Below are positions 30,599 through 38,526 of a stretch of DNA of 64,000 nucleotides, piece after piece (positions within the stretch are counted from its first letter, which is position 1; every line of letters begins with the position of its first letter). The stretch covers positions 181,104-245,103 of the forward strand of contig NZ_CP187527.1 in the NCBI RefSeq assembly GCF_049852175.1, written 5' to 3'. Under the pieces are notes generated by a model. The model was not told where the DNA came from. It was given only the letters and a program-made list of their open reading frames with translations, and searched no databases. Origin of the DNA: Xylanimonas sp. McL0601 (GTDB lineage: Bacteria; Actinomycetota; Actinomycetes; Actinomycetales; Cellulomonadaceae). The position numbers were made by a program, and so were the translations under genes.

Positions 30599-30936
30599 TC
30601 AGCCGCGACGCCGGCTCGAGCCACCCGCCGCGCCGCCCACCGAGCACAAGAGCCCGAGCACGAACCCGACGTCGTACCAGTTGCCACTGTTGTGGACCTC
30701 GTACACCGACACGTTGTCCGTGAACAACGAGACGATGAACGTGATCGGCAGGATGAAGCCGTGCCACAGGCCGAGCCAGAAGCCGGCAGGGCTGGTGCTG
30801 CCGGGCACCGGGGTGTCGAGCTCGGGGTTGGCGCCGGCCGCGCATGCGGCGAGCACGAGCACGCCGACGGCGAGCACCGCCGTCGCGGTGATGATCCGGC
30901 GATTCCGCGTCGAGCGCGGCGTTGAGCTCTGGTCCA
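30599..30936 (-). CDS. putative small lipoprotein
   Basis: Signal peptide plus lipobox LVLAACAAG. Start approximate (GTG near 30936); longer ORF to 31069 has an R/S-rich prefix. Confidence 0.35.
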
Positions 30937-31095
30937 CGTCAGCCTCCGTCACAGGTCCGGTCCGGTCTGGTCTCGACCGCCTCGACCGTAACCAGCAGGC
31001 AGCGCCCGCGCCCCCGGAGCCTCCGCGCGCGAGGCGCGACTGTGCGCTGGACCGGGTGTGACCGGCCACGACGGGCGACGTCGTCCCAGGACGGA

Positions 31096-31127
31096 GAAGG
31101 GCCGCTGACCAGCGTCAGCGGCCCTTC
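31096..31127. terminator. palindromic terminator GAAGGGCCGCTGAC-cagc-GTCAGCGGCCCTTC (copy 1 of 2)
   Basis: 14-bp perfect stem downstream of the flotillin gene; near-identical copy at 35030..35061. Confidence 0.55.
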
Positions 31128-31142
31128 TCGACGGTGGGAGCG

Positions 31143-32617
31143 TCAGTTGGCGTGCACGCCGTTGACCGACCCGTCGGTGACGGCCTTGTGGCCGCCGTCG
31201 ACGTGACCCGCCAGGAACGTCGCCAGCAGGCCCATCACGTCCAGCCCGGTGGCCGCTTTGGCGATCGCCGGGACCTGGGTGAGCAGGTCCGTCGCAAGGC
31301 CGGTGATCTTCGAGGCGCCCTGCGCATCGCCGAGCACCGTGATGCTGTCGATGTCCCCGAGCGGCTTGGCGGCGGCCGCGATCATCAGCGGGAGCGCAGC
31401 CAGGACCCGGTCGATGACGGCCTGCTGCCCGTACTTCTCGTACGCCTCCGCGAGCAGCGCGTTCGTCGCTGCCTCGGCCTCACCCTTGGCCCTGATCGCC
31501 TCGGCGTTGGCCTGGCCAGTCGCGCGCGTCGCCTCAGCCTCGGCGAAGCCTGCGACTTCAGCGAGTTGGCCATGCCGGTACCCACGGACTCCAGGCGCAC
31601 CCTCTCGGCGGCAGCGGCACGCTCGACCGCGACGGCCCGCGCCGCGGCGTCCTTCTCGGCGGCGTAGAGCGCGGCGTCGGCCGCCTTCTGCGCCGCGTAC
31701 TGCTTGGCGTCGGCGTCCTTCTGCGCCGCGTACAGCTCAGCGTCCGCCTTGGCGCGCACGTCCGAGTCCAGACGGAGCTTGGTCAGCGTGGCGGTCTGCT
31801 CGGCGTTGCCCTGCTCGGCGCGGGTGATCTCAGCGGCCTGGGAGGCAGCCACCTTGGGCCCGACGGCGGCGGCCTCGGCCTGCGCCGCGTCGGTCTCCTT
31901 CTTGAACTGCGCCTCGCGCAGGGCCGCCTCCTTGTTCGCCTCGGCGATGGCGATCCGGGCGTCCGCCTGCGCCTTGGCCGACTCCTGGGCGTTCGCCGCT
32001 TCGGCGATCTCGGCCTGACGGCGGACGGCGGAGGCCTGCGGGCGACCCAGGTTGACGATGTAGTCCGACGGGTCGGACTGGATGGCGTTGATCTGGAGAG
32101 TGTCGATGCGAAGGCCCGACTCCGACAGCGCCTTGGCGGCCTCGTCCTTGATCTCCGTCGCGAACTTGGCGCGGTCGGCGAGCACCTCCTCGACCGTCAT
32201 GTTGCCGACCACGCCGCGGAGCGCGCCCGCGAGCACGGTGGCGACCACGCCCGGCACCTCGGTCTCGCGACCCAGGAAGCGCTGGGCGGCCGCCCGCACG
32301 CCTTCGGGGGTGCCGTCGATCTTGGCGAGCGCGACCGCGTCCACCGTGACCTTGATCTTGTCCGACGTCACGCCCTCGTCCACGCGCATCGGCACCTCGG
32401 TCGCGTCCAGGGAGATGGACGCCGAGCGCTGGATGAACGGCACGACGAACACGCCCGACCCGATCACGACCTTGACCCCGCCATCACCGCCCTTGCCGCC
32501 GGTGATGACCAGCGCCTCGTTGGCCTTCGGGATGCGGTAGCGCGAGACGACCGTGGCGATGACGATCACCACGACCACCACGAGGGCGGCGACGGCGAGG
32601 ATTCCGGTGGTAGGCAT
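31143..32617 (-). pseudogene. flotillin-like SPFH/band-7 protein with an apparent single-base frameshift near 31548-31556
   Basis: N-terminal TM plus SPFH domain in frame ending 31385; the authentic flotillin C-terminus (...AEAEATRATGQANAEAIRAKGEAEAATNALLAEAYEKYGQQAVIDRVLAALPLMIAAAAKPLGDIDSITVLG...) continues in another frame ending 31143. Confidence 0.6.
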
Positions 32618-32660
32618 TGCGGTGAGTCCTCCTGGGACTGGTCGGAACAGCAGAGAAGAG

Positions 32661-33167
32661 TCAGGCTCCGGCGGGTGCGACCCGGACGACGTCGCCCGAG
32701 ACCACGGCCGCGACGGTGACGAGCGCGCCGGCGGCGATCTCGGTGGTGGTGTGGGCGGTCATGGTGCGCGGGGACCCGGCGTAGCTGACCCGGACGACGC
32801 CCGGCTTGCCGGGACCGGCGGGAGTGTCCATGACCCCATCGACGCCGACGAGGCCGCTCACGCTGCCTGCGCCGTCCGGGGTGGACTGGCGGCGCAGCAT
32901 CCCGGTCAGCCACGCGGCCCCGGCCGTGATCACGACGCCGACCCCGGCCGCGGCCAGCAGCACCGCCCCGTCGGGCAGGTCGGTCAGCGTCGACACGGCC
33001 AGCCCAGCCCAGCCGAAGGCGCCCAGGCCGCCGGAGAGCGCGAGGACGGACACCGAGCCGTCACCCGGCAGGCCGACGTCGAGGGCCTCGAGCGTCCCGT
33101 CGAAGATCAGTGCGAGCAGTGCGATGGCCGTGGCGACGATGCCGATGGTCAGAAATGCGGCGTGCAT
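32661..33167 (-). CDS. NfeD-family membrane protein (flotillin partner)
   Basis: N-terminal TM helices and C-terminal OB-fold-like GVVRVSYAGSPRTMTAHTTTEIAAGALVTV. Immediately downstream of flotillin, the classic operon. Confidence 0.7.
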   Translation of the reverse strand: MHAAFLTIGIVATAIALLALIFDGTLEALDVGLPGDGSVSVLALSGGLGAFGWAGLAVSTLTDLPDGAVLLAAAGVGVVITAGAAWLTGMLRRQSTPDGAGSVSGLVGVDGVMDTPAGPGKPGVVRVSYAGSPRTMTAHTTTEIAAGALVTVAAVVSGDVVRVAPAGA

Positions 33168-33352
33168 GGGTCGGAGTTTCACACAGTGGGTCCGCGCCGG
33201 GAAGAGTCCGCGGGCATTCACGAACCTCCCAGGTACGCGACACACTCGCGCGTCCTGTGAACCCGGGGTCAGCGCGGTCTACCTTGACGAGCGTGCCCGG
33301 GCCAACTGGTCCCTGGGCGCTCTACTGCTCTTCAACGCCGGAGGGAAGTTCC

Positions 33353-34894
33353 ATGCGCTCATCCGCTCTCCCCGCCACCGCGGGAGCGGCCGCACTGCTC
33401 GCGGCCGCTCTACTCGGTACACCTGTCGCCGCGAGCGTGGCTACCGTCACGCCGTTCGCAGCCCAGGCGCCCGAGTCCGCGTTCACCGACGCCGCCGCGA
33501 CAGACGCCCAGGTCGCCTGCGCCCGACCCGCACCGGACAACCGCGTGTCCACCACGATCCACTGCTACCGGCCCAACGACATCCGCGCGTTCTACGGGCT
33601 GCCGCCGCTCACGTCCGCGACCACCGACGGCGCAGGCCAGACCATCGTCCTCGCCGACTCCTACGGCAGCCCGACGGCGGCGGAGGACCTCGCGATGTTC
33701 GCGCAGACGTTCGGTGGCCCGACGCCGGACTTCGAGGCCTACTTCCCGTTCGGCGAGCCCGGCTTCAAGAACCCGCCGGGCAACGGCTCCGGGACGTCCG
33801 GCCCTGCGGCCGCAGCGGGCTGGGCCGGCGAGGCCAACCTCGACGTGCAGTGGGCCTACGCGATCGCCCCCAAGGCTCACATCGTCCTGCTCGGCACGGC
33901 TCCCGCCGAGACCCAGGGCGTCCAGGGTCTGACCAACCTGATGAACGGCATCGACAAGGCCATCGACCGGTACCCGGCCGGCACCGTCTACTCGATGTCG
34001 TTCGGCACCAGCGAGACGGCCTTCGGCTCCACCGCCGCGGCCAAGCAGGCCTTCGACCGGTATGACCAGACCTTCAAGCGCGGTCTGGCCAAGCACGACA
34101 CCTTCTTCTCGTCCTCCGGCGACGACGGGTCGCTCGGCGTCGACAGGTCGCATCACCAGACCGGGACGGTCGACCACCCCGCGGTCAGCTACCCCAACGC
34201 CTCGCCGTACGTCACCTCCGTGGGTGGCACCCAGGTCCAGTCCGGCTGGACGTGGAACCCGACCACCGACGTCCCGTTCAACGCGGACGGCACGCGCAGC
34301 GCGGCCTACTTCGGCTGGACCAAGGGCGGCAGCTCCGAGGCCGTGTGGAACGAGGCGTGGGGGCCGATCGGGACAGGTGGTGGCGTCTCGAGCGTCTACG
34401 GCCGGCCTGCCTTCCAGAACGGCGTCGCCAGCGTCGTCGGTGACCACCGCGGTGTCCCGGACCTGGCCTGGAACGCCGCCGTGAACGGCGGCGTGCTCGT
34501 CTACTCGAGCTACTACCCGCGTGCGGTCGGCGGACCCGTGTGGGGCGTCTACGGCGGAACGTCGGCCTCGTCCCCGCAGGTCGCGGCGCTGACGGCGATC
34601 GCCAACCAGCAGCGTGCGACGGCCGGCAAGAGCGGGATCGGCGACCTGAACTCGGTGATCTACGGCTCCGGGTTCGACCACGCCTCGGCGTTCTCCGACA
34701 TCGTGCCGCAGACCTACGGCACGGCCGCGAGCGGCGTGCTGGCCAACAACCGGATGTGGGACCTCACCGCCGACGGCACCCTGACCCCCGGCGCGGTGCC
34801 GGGGTACCCCACCACCACCGGCTATGACCTCACCACCGGGTGGGGCTCGCCGAAGGCCGCCGGGTACCTCGCCCAGCTGGTCGCAGCTCACTAG
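33353..34894 (+). CDS. secreted S8/S53-family serine peptidase (sedolisin-like)
   Basis: Signal peptide, pro-domain, catalytic Ser motif GGTSASSPQVAA. ATG 33353 with GGAGGGAAG RBS. Confidence 0.65.
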   Translation: MRSSALPATAGAAALLAAALLGTPVAASVATVTPFAAQAPESAFTDAAATDAQVACARPAPDNRVSTTIHCYRPNDIRAFYGLPPLTSATTDGAGQTIVLADSYGSPTAAEDLAMFAQTFGGPTPDFEAYFPFGEPGFKNPPGNGSGTSGPAAAAGWAGEANLDVQWAYAIAPKAHIVLLGTAPAETQGVQGLTNLMNGIDKAIDRYPAGTVYSMSFGTSETAFGSTAAAKQAFDRYDQTFKRGLAKHDTFFSSSGDDGSLGVDRSHHQTGTVDHPAVSYPNASPYVTSVGGTQVQSGWTWNPTTDVPFNADGTRSAAYFGWTKGGSSEAVWNEAWGPIGTGGGVSSVYGRPAFQNGVASVVGDHRGVPDLAWNAAVNGGVLVYSSYYPRAVGGPVWGVYGGTSASSPQVAALTAIANQQRATAGKSGIGDLNSVIYGSGFDHASAFSDIVPQTYGTAASGVLANNRMWDLTADGTLTPGAVPGYPTTTGYDLTTGWGSPKAAGYLAQLVAAH

Positions 34895-35029
34895 CGCCTC
34901 CCCCTGGGGCCCGCGGTTCAGCGGCGTCGACGCCGGGCGGGACGGGCTCGCCAGTCCGTGTCACATTCCCCGTCACTCGGGGGAACTTCATAACAGATCG
35001 CCCCTCCGGCGTCCGCCCTCCGGGAAGCA

Positions 35030-35061
35030 CGAAGGGCCGCTGACCTGCGTCAGCGGCCCTT
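35030..35061. terminator. palindromic terminator GAAGGGCCGCTGAC-ctgc-GTCAGCGGCCCTTC (copy 2 of 2)
   Basis: Same stem as 31096..31127; lies between the peptidase gene and the tRNA-Ala 3' repeat. Confidence 0.55.
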
Positions 35062-35066
35062 CGTGG

Positions 35067-35106
35067 TGGTGAAGCCAAGGGGACTCGAACCCCTAACCCC
35101 CTGCTT
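35067..35106 (-). repeat. 40-nt direct repeat of the tRNA-Ala 3' end (attL/attR-type island boundary)
   Basis: tggtgaagccaaggggactcgaacccctaaccccctgctt matches 37186..37225 (tggtggagccaagg...ctgctt) with one mismatch, then diverges inside the anticodon stem. Confidence 0.65.
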
Positions 35107-35194
35107 CAAAGGAACCTCAGCCGGGACGCGCGCCTCGGAGTTGGCGGAATTCCACCGGATCAGCCCTGGCGCCGTCGACTGTCGTCGTGGTCGG

Positions 35195-35218
35195 TAGACA
35201 GACTGCTAGACAGACTGT
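35195..35218. repeat. tandem 12-bp direct repeat TAGACAGACTGC/TAGACAGACTGT just inside the island boundary
   Basis: Read directly; possible recombinase or regulator binding site. Confidence 0.3.
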
Positions 35219-35237
35219 CCCCTCGATCGTGAAACCG

Positions 35238-37004
35238 TCAGGCCGTCGAGCGAGAGAGCCGGTACCTCCGACTCCTGCTCGTCGGCGGTGCGGTGGCTAC
35301 GATCGCACCCTCTGCCACGAGAACACGCAGTCGTGGGCGAAGCGACCCGGCGGTCGTGCCGAGTCGCTCCGCGATCTCGCGGACCGACAGCTCCGGTCCA
35401 GGGGTCAGCGCTTCGATGATCCTCTCGTCGAGGGTCCCCTCCGGTCGGATGTCGGCCACGGGCTCCGAGAAGAGGGTCTCGGCAGCCTCGAGGCGCTGAC
35501 CCTCGCGATAGGCGCCGTCCGTTCGCCGTGGGTACTGGAGCCATCCCTCGTCGACGAGCCCGCGGAGGACTGCCCTTGCGTCCGCGGAGTCAAGGGCAAG
35601 TTGAGCCCGCAGGACTTGGTCGTCGACCGCGTAGCCACGGTGAACAAGAACGAGCGCGCGTCGCGCGTCAGGCTCGAGCGAGTCGGCCCCGATGCTGGCG
35701 AGCCACTGATCGGTCTCCGGGTTGAGCAGGCCATGCCGATCCAGCACGACAGTCATCGAGGTCACGGAGGCGAGGTAGCGGGGCGCGGCGAGTCCCGCGC
35801 GCCCGAGCGCGCCCGTCATCGTCGGAATCCCAGATCCCGCGTTCTCGGACACGGACTCGTCACGGTCGAGCATCGGGACGTCGGCGAGCATGGCGGAGAG
35901 CACGGCGTTGCGGGAACGCGAGGACCCGTCGAAGAGATCGAGAACGCGGCGTCCACCCCAGATGCCTCCTGGGTTCGTGACCTCAAGACGATCGGGGTAC
36001 AGCTCCATGCGCACCTGATCTCCGAGTGCCCACGGGCTGTAGTCACGGTGCGTGAGCGCATTCGTGACAGCCTCGCGGATCGCCACCTCAGGGATCTCTG
36101 GTTCGTCACGAGCTCCAGCGCCGACGACGACGCGACGCACCTGGATGTTCTGCAGCACCGCCCGGACACAGTCGTCGACGATGGCCGGGATCGGGCCCTC
36201 GATCACCCGGCGGTCCAGCATGCGCGTCTCGCCGACGTAGACGTCCTTCGCCTTTCCTGGATAGACCGCGAACGTCACCATCGCCTGCGGGAGCGAGTGC
36301 TGCGGGTAGCGCCCAAAGGCGAGCAGTCCGGCAAGGGTGGGCGTCCGTCCGTCTGCCGCCAGCACGTTGTGGCGCTTCAAGATGTCGACCGTGGAAGTCA
36401 GGTCCGCAACGGATCGCGGGCGACGACGACGCAGCCGCGCGATGAACCGCTCCAACTGTTCCTTGTCAAGGTCGTCGAGGGACGCGCCACGGACAGGCTC
36501 GGTGTCGACACGCGGCTGCGCGCCGTCGGTCGAGAGCAGGAAGACGCCATAGGTACTCATCCGACGATCGCCGTCACCGACCCGCTCGTAGGTTCCGCCC
36601 TCCTTACCTTGCGTCGTCACGAAGGCGGGCTTCATCGCCGCCGGTAGAGGCTCAACGTCGGCGACGACGATCGAAGCATCGTCGACGACCGCGATGTCGA
36701 TTGAGCCAAGCGGCCGAGGGCTCACCGGGCCGGGCGACTCACCTCCACCACGAGGCCTGAAGCCTTCACTCAGGCCATCACGAATGGCGGCGGCGTCGAA
36801 ACCTTGCGTCGGAGCGAACCCGGTCGACTCGTCGAGCCCGAGGATGATGAGCCCGCCGTCGCCGTTGGAGAACGCGCTCACCGTCGGCCAGACATCCTTG
36901 GGGAGTCCTCCCGCAGCGTTCTTCACCTCGACGAACGAGAGATCCGTCGCCGCTGCGCGCAGTCGCGCAACGACGTGCTCGAGCGGACCCTGGCTCGTCT
37001 CCAT
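35238..37004 (-). CDS. ATP-binding protein with Schlafen/AlbA_2-like domain, HATPase_c_4 domain and C-terminal wHTH (paralog of 7127..8560)
   Basis: SFVEVKNAAGGLPKD, EAVTNALTHRDYSPWALGDQVRMELYPDRLEVTNPGGIWG, C-terminal SVREIAERLGTTAGSLRPRLRVLVAEGAI wHTH. ATG 37004 with GAGGG RBS; upstream ORF extension rejected. Confidence 0.65.
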   Translation of the reverse strand: METSQGPLEHVVARLRAAATDLSFVEVKNAAGGLPKDVWPTVSAFSNGDGGLIILGLDESTGFAPTQGFDAAAIRDGLSEGFRPRGGGESPGPVSPRPLGSIDIAVVDDASIVVADVEPLPAAMKPAFVTTQGKEGGTYERVGDGDRRMSTYGVFLLSTDGAQPRVDTEPVRGASLDDLDKEQLERFIARLRRRRPRSVADLTSTVDILKRHNVLAADGRTPTLAGLLAFGRYPQHSLPQAMVTFAVYPGKAKDVYVGETRMLDRRVIEGPIPAIVDDCVRAVLQNIQVRRVVVGAGARDEPEIPEVAIREAVTNALTHRDYSPWALGDQVRMELYPDRLEVTNPGGIWGGRRVLDLFDGSSRSRNAVLSAMLADVPMLDRDESVSENAGSGIPTMTGALGRAGLAAPRYLASVTSMTVVLDRHGLLNPETDQWLASIGADSLEPDARRALVLVHRGYAVDDQVLRAQLALDSADARAVLRGLVDEGWLQYPRRTDGAYREGQRLEAAETLFSEPVADIRPEGTLDERIIEALTPGPELSVREIAERLGTTAGSLRPRLRVLVAEGAIVATAPPTSRSRRYRLSRSTA

Positions 37005-37019
37005 GACACCCTCACTGTA

Positions 37020-37068
37020 GTTCACTGTCGTCACTACAGGTGTCACTGTAGTTGCGACATGAGGCAGG
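37020..37068. promoter_or_regulatory. operator-like palindrome ACTACAG-gtgtca-CTGTAGT flanked by CACTGTAGTT direct repeats, 5' of the island gene
   Basis: tcactgtagttcactgtcgtcactacaggtgtcactgtagttgcgac read directly upstream of the ATG at 37004. Confidence 0.35.
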
Positions 37069-37185
37069 CGCTGCACCAACCGCTGGTGCGTGCCCGCGTA
37101 CGGGTGGACACTGCGCCGCGAACATGGGGGGCGGACGTCTGACAAATACAGAAGGACCCGGGACGACGCATCATCCCAGGTCACG

Positions 37186-37261
37186 TGGTGGAGCCAAGGG
37201 GACTCGAACCCCTAACCCCCTGCTTGCAAAGCAGGTGCGCTACCAATTGCGCCATGGCCCC
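37186..37261 (-). tRNA. tRNA-Ala (anticodon TGC)
   Basis: GGGGCCATGGCGCAATTGGTAGCGCACCTGCTTTGCAAGCAGGGGGTTAGGGGTTCGAGTCCCCTTGGCTCCACCA; G3:U70 identity pair, encoded CCA. Confidence 0.9.
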
Positions 37262-37306
37262 GCGCACGCTCTCGCGTGCGCCTCGCGCCCCGAGGGGCGC
37301 GAGAGA

Positions 37307-37426
37307 TCAGTCGAGCGCGTCCGTGACCTCCGACCAGAGGTCGCGCTCTGCCTTGCCGCCGGACACCCGGCGCCAGACGGCGTAGCCCGCCGCTGCCGCG
37401 ATCAGGAGCAGGAACAGCTTCTTCAT
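37307..37426 (-). CDS. DLW-39-family small membrane protein (39 aa)
   Basis: MKKLFLLLIAAAAGYAVWRRVSGGKAERDLWSEVTDALD; GGAGG RBS 7 nt upstream. Sits between tRNA-Ala and tRNA-Ile. Confidence 0.55.
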   Translation of the reverse strand: MKKLFLLLIAAAAGYAVWRRVSGGKAERDLWSEVTDALD

Positions 37427-37505
37427 CAACGCCTCCACGTCATCGTCATGCGTGCTTCGTTGCGGCGACGGCGCCCTCGCGAGACTCGCCAGGACGCCGT
37501 GTGGG

Positions 37506-37579
37506 TGGGGCTAGGAGGACTTGAACCTCCGACCTCTTCCTTATCAGGGAAGCGCTCTAACCGTCTGAGCTATAGCCCC
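37506..37579 (-). tRNA. tRNA-Ile (anticodon GAT)
   Basis: GGGGCTATAGCTCAGACGGTTAGAGCGCTTCCCTGATAAGGAAGAGGTCGGAGGTTCAAGTCCTCCTAGCCCCA. Confidence 0.9.
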
Positions 37580-37685
37580 TTGCCCGCGCGTTTGTGCGGC
37601 GCGTGCAGCACGAAACCATACCGTAGGCCCGGCCCGCTACCAAAACGGTCCGGGCCTTGCGGCCTGTGACATCCGCCGGGTGGCG

Positions 37686-38507
37686 TCAGTCGTCCGTGAG
37701 GGTCACGTGCACCCCGCCGACCAGGGCCGCCGTGATGTTGTACAGCAGCGCCATGATCGTGGTGATGGCCGTCAGCAGCACGACGTTGACCACCGCGATG
37801 AGCGTCGCGAGCGAGACCAGCCTGTCGAAGGCGACGAACTGCGTGATGTCGACGTTGGCCTGCTGACCGACGACGTCGCTGATGAAGGTCTGGATCGTGC
37901 CGAAGATTCCCAGCCCGTCGATGACGTACCAGAACACGGCCGACGCGACGACGGTCATGATCCCGATCGCCACGGCGAGCAGGAACGCCAGCTTCATCAC
38001 CGACCACGGGTCGATGCGCGAGACGGTGAGGCGCACGCGACGCGGCCCGCCGACCCCCGCCGGCTGCGCGGAATGGACGGACGGCGACTGCCCGGCTCCG
38101 GGACCACCAGGGGCCCCCGGCTCGGGTGCCGGCCGGCCGTCCGGCGTCAGACGCACACCGCCGGTCGCGTAGTGCATCTGCGGCTGGGGAGCCGCGGAAC
38201 GGCCCTTCTTCCCGTCCGCCGCCCCACCGGCCGGAGCCGGAACCGGCGTCAGGTCGTCGACCGGGTCGTGCGCGCCGGTCGCGACGGTCTGGACGCGCTT
38301 GGCGGCATCACGTGCCACGGCGAGGGCCGCGCGAGCGGCCTTCACGGCACCGGCGCGGACGCCGTCGCCGTCGGGCTCCTCGATGCCCTCGGGCGCGTCG
38401 ACGCCGTCCGCCGGCACCTGCACGGTACCGAGGCCGCTCCCGGGCGGCGGCGGGACCGGCGGCACCGATTGAACGGTGCTCGGCGGGGTGTCGTTCTCGG
38501 TCGTCAT
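37686..38507 (-). CDS. DUF3566-family membrane protein (conserved downstream of gyrA)
   Basis: Pro/Ala-rich N-terminal region then conserved C-terminal TM domain (VSRIDPWSVMKLAFLL...NITAALVGGVHVTLTDD). ATG 38507 with AAGGGGA RBS. Confidence 0.7.
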   Translation of the reverse strand: MTTENDTPPSTVQSVPPVPPPPGSGLGTVQVPADGVDAPEGIEEPDGDGVRAGAVKAARAALAVARDAAKRVQTVATGAHDPVDDLTPVPAPAGGAADGKKGRSAAPQPQMHYATGGVRLTPDGRPAPEPGAPGGPGAGQSPSVHSAQPAGVGGPRRVRLTVSRIDPWSVMKLAFLLAVAIGIMTVVASAVFWYVIDGLGIFGTIQTFISDVVGQQANVDITQFVAFDRLVSLATLIAVVNVVLLTAITTIMALLYNITAALVGGVHVTLTDD

Positions 38508-38526
38508 CGTTCCCCTTGCGTCCATG

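Noticed and set aside
35067-35106. A second, intact tRNA gene at 35.07 kb
   Set aside because: Only the 3' 40 nt of tRNA-Ala are present; sequence diverges inside the anticodon stem and no acceptor 5' strand exists.
37005-37184. First 60 codons of ORF 35238..37184
   Set aside because: Contains operator-like repeats; internal ATG 37004 has a proper RBS and aligns with the paralog's N-terminus.
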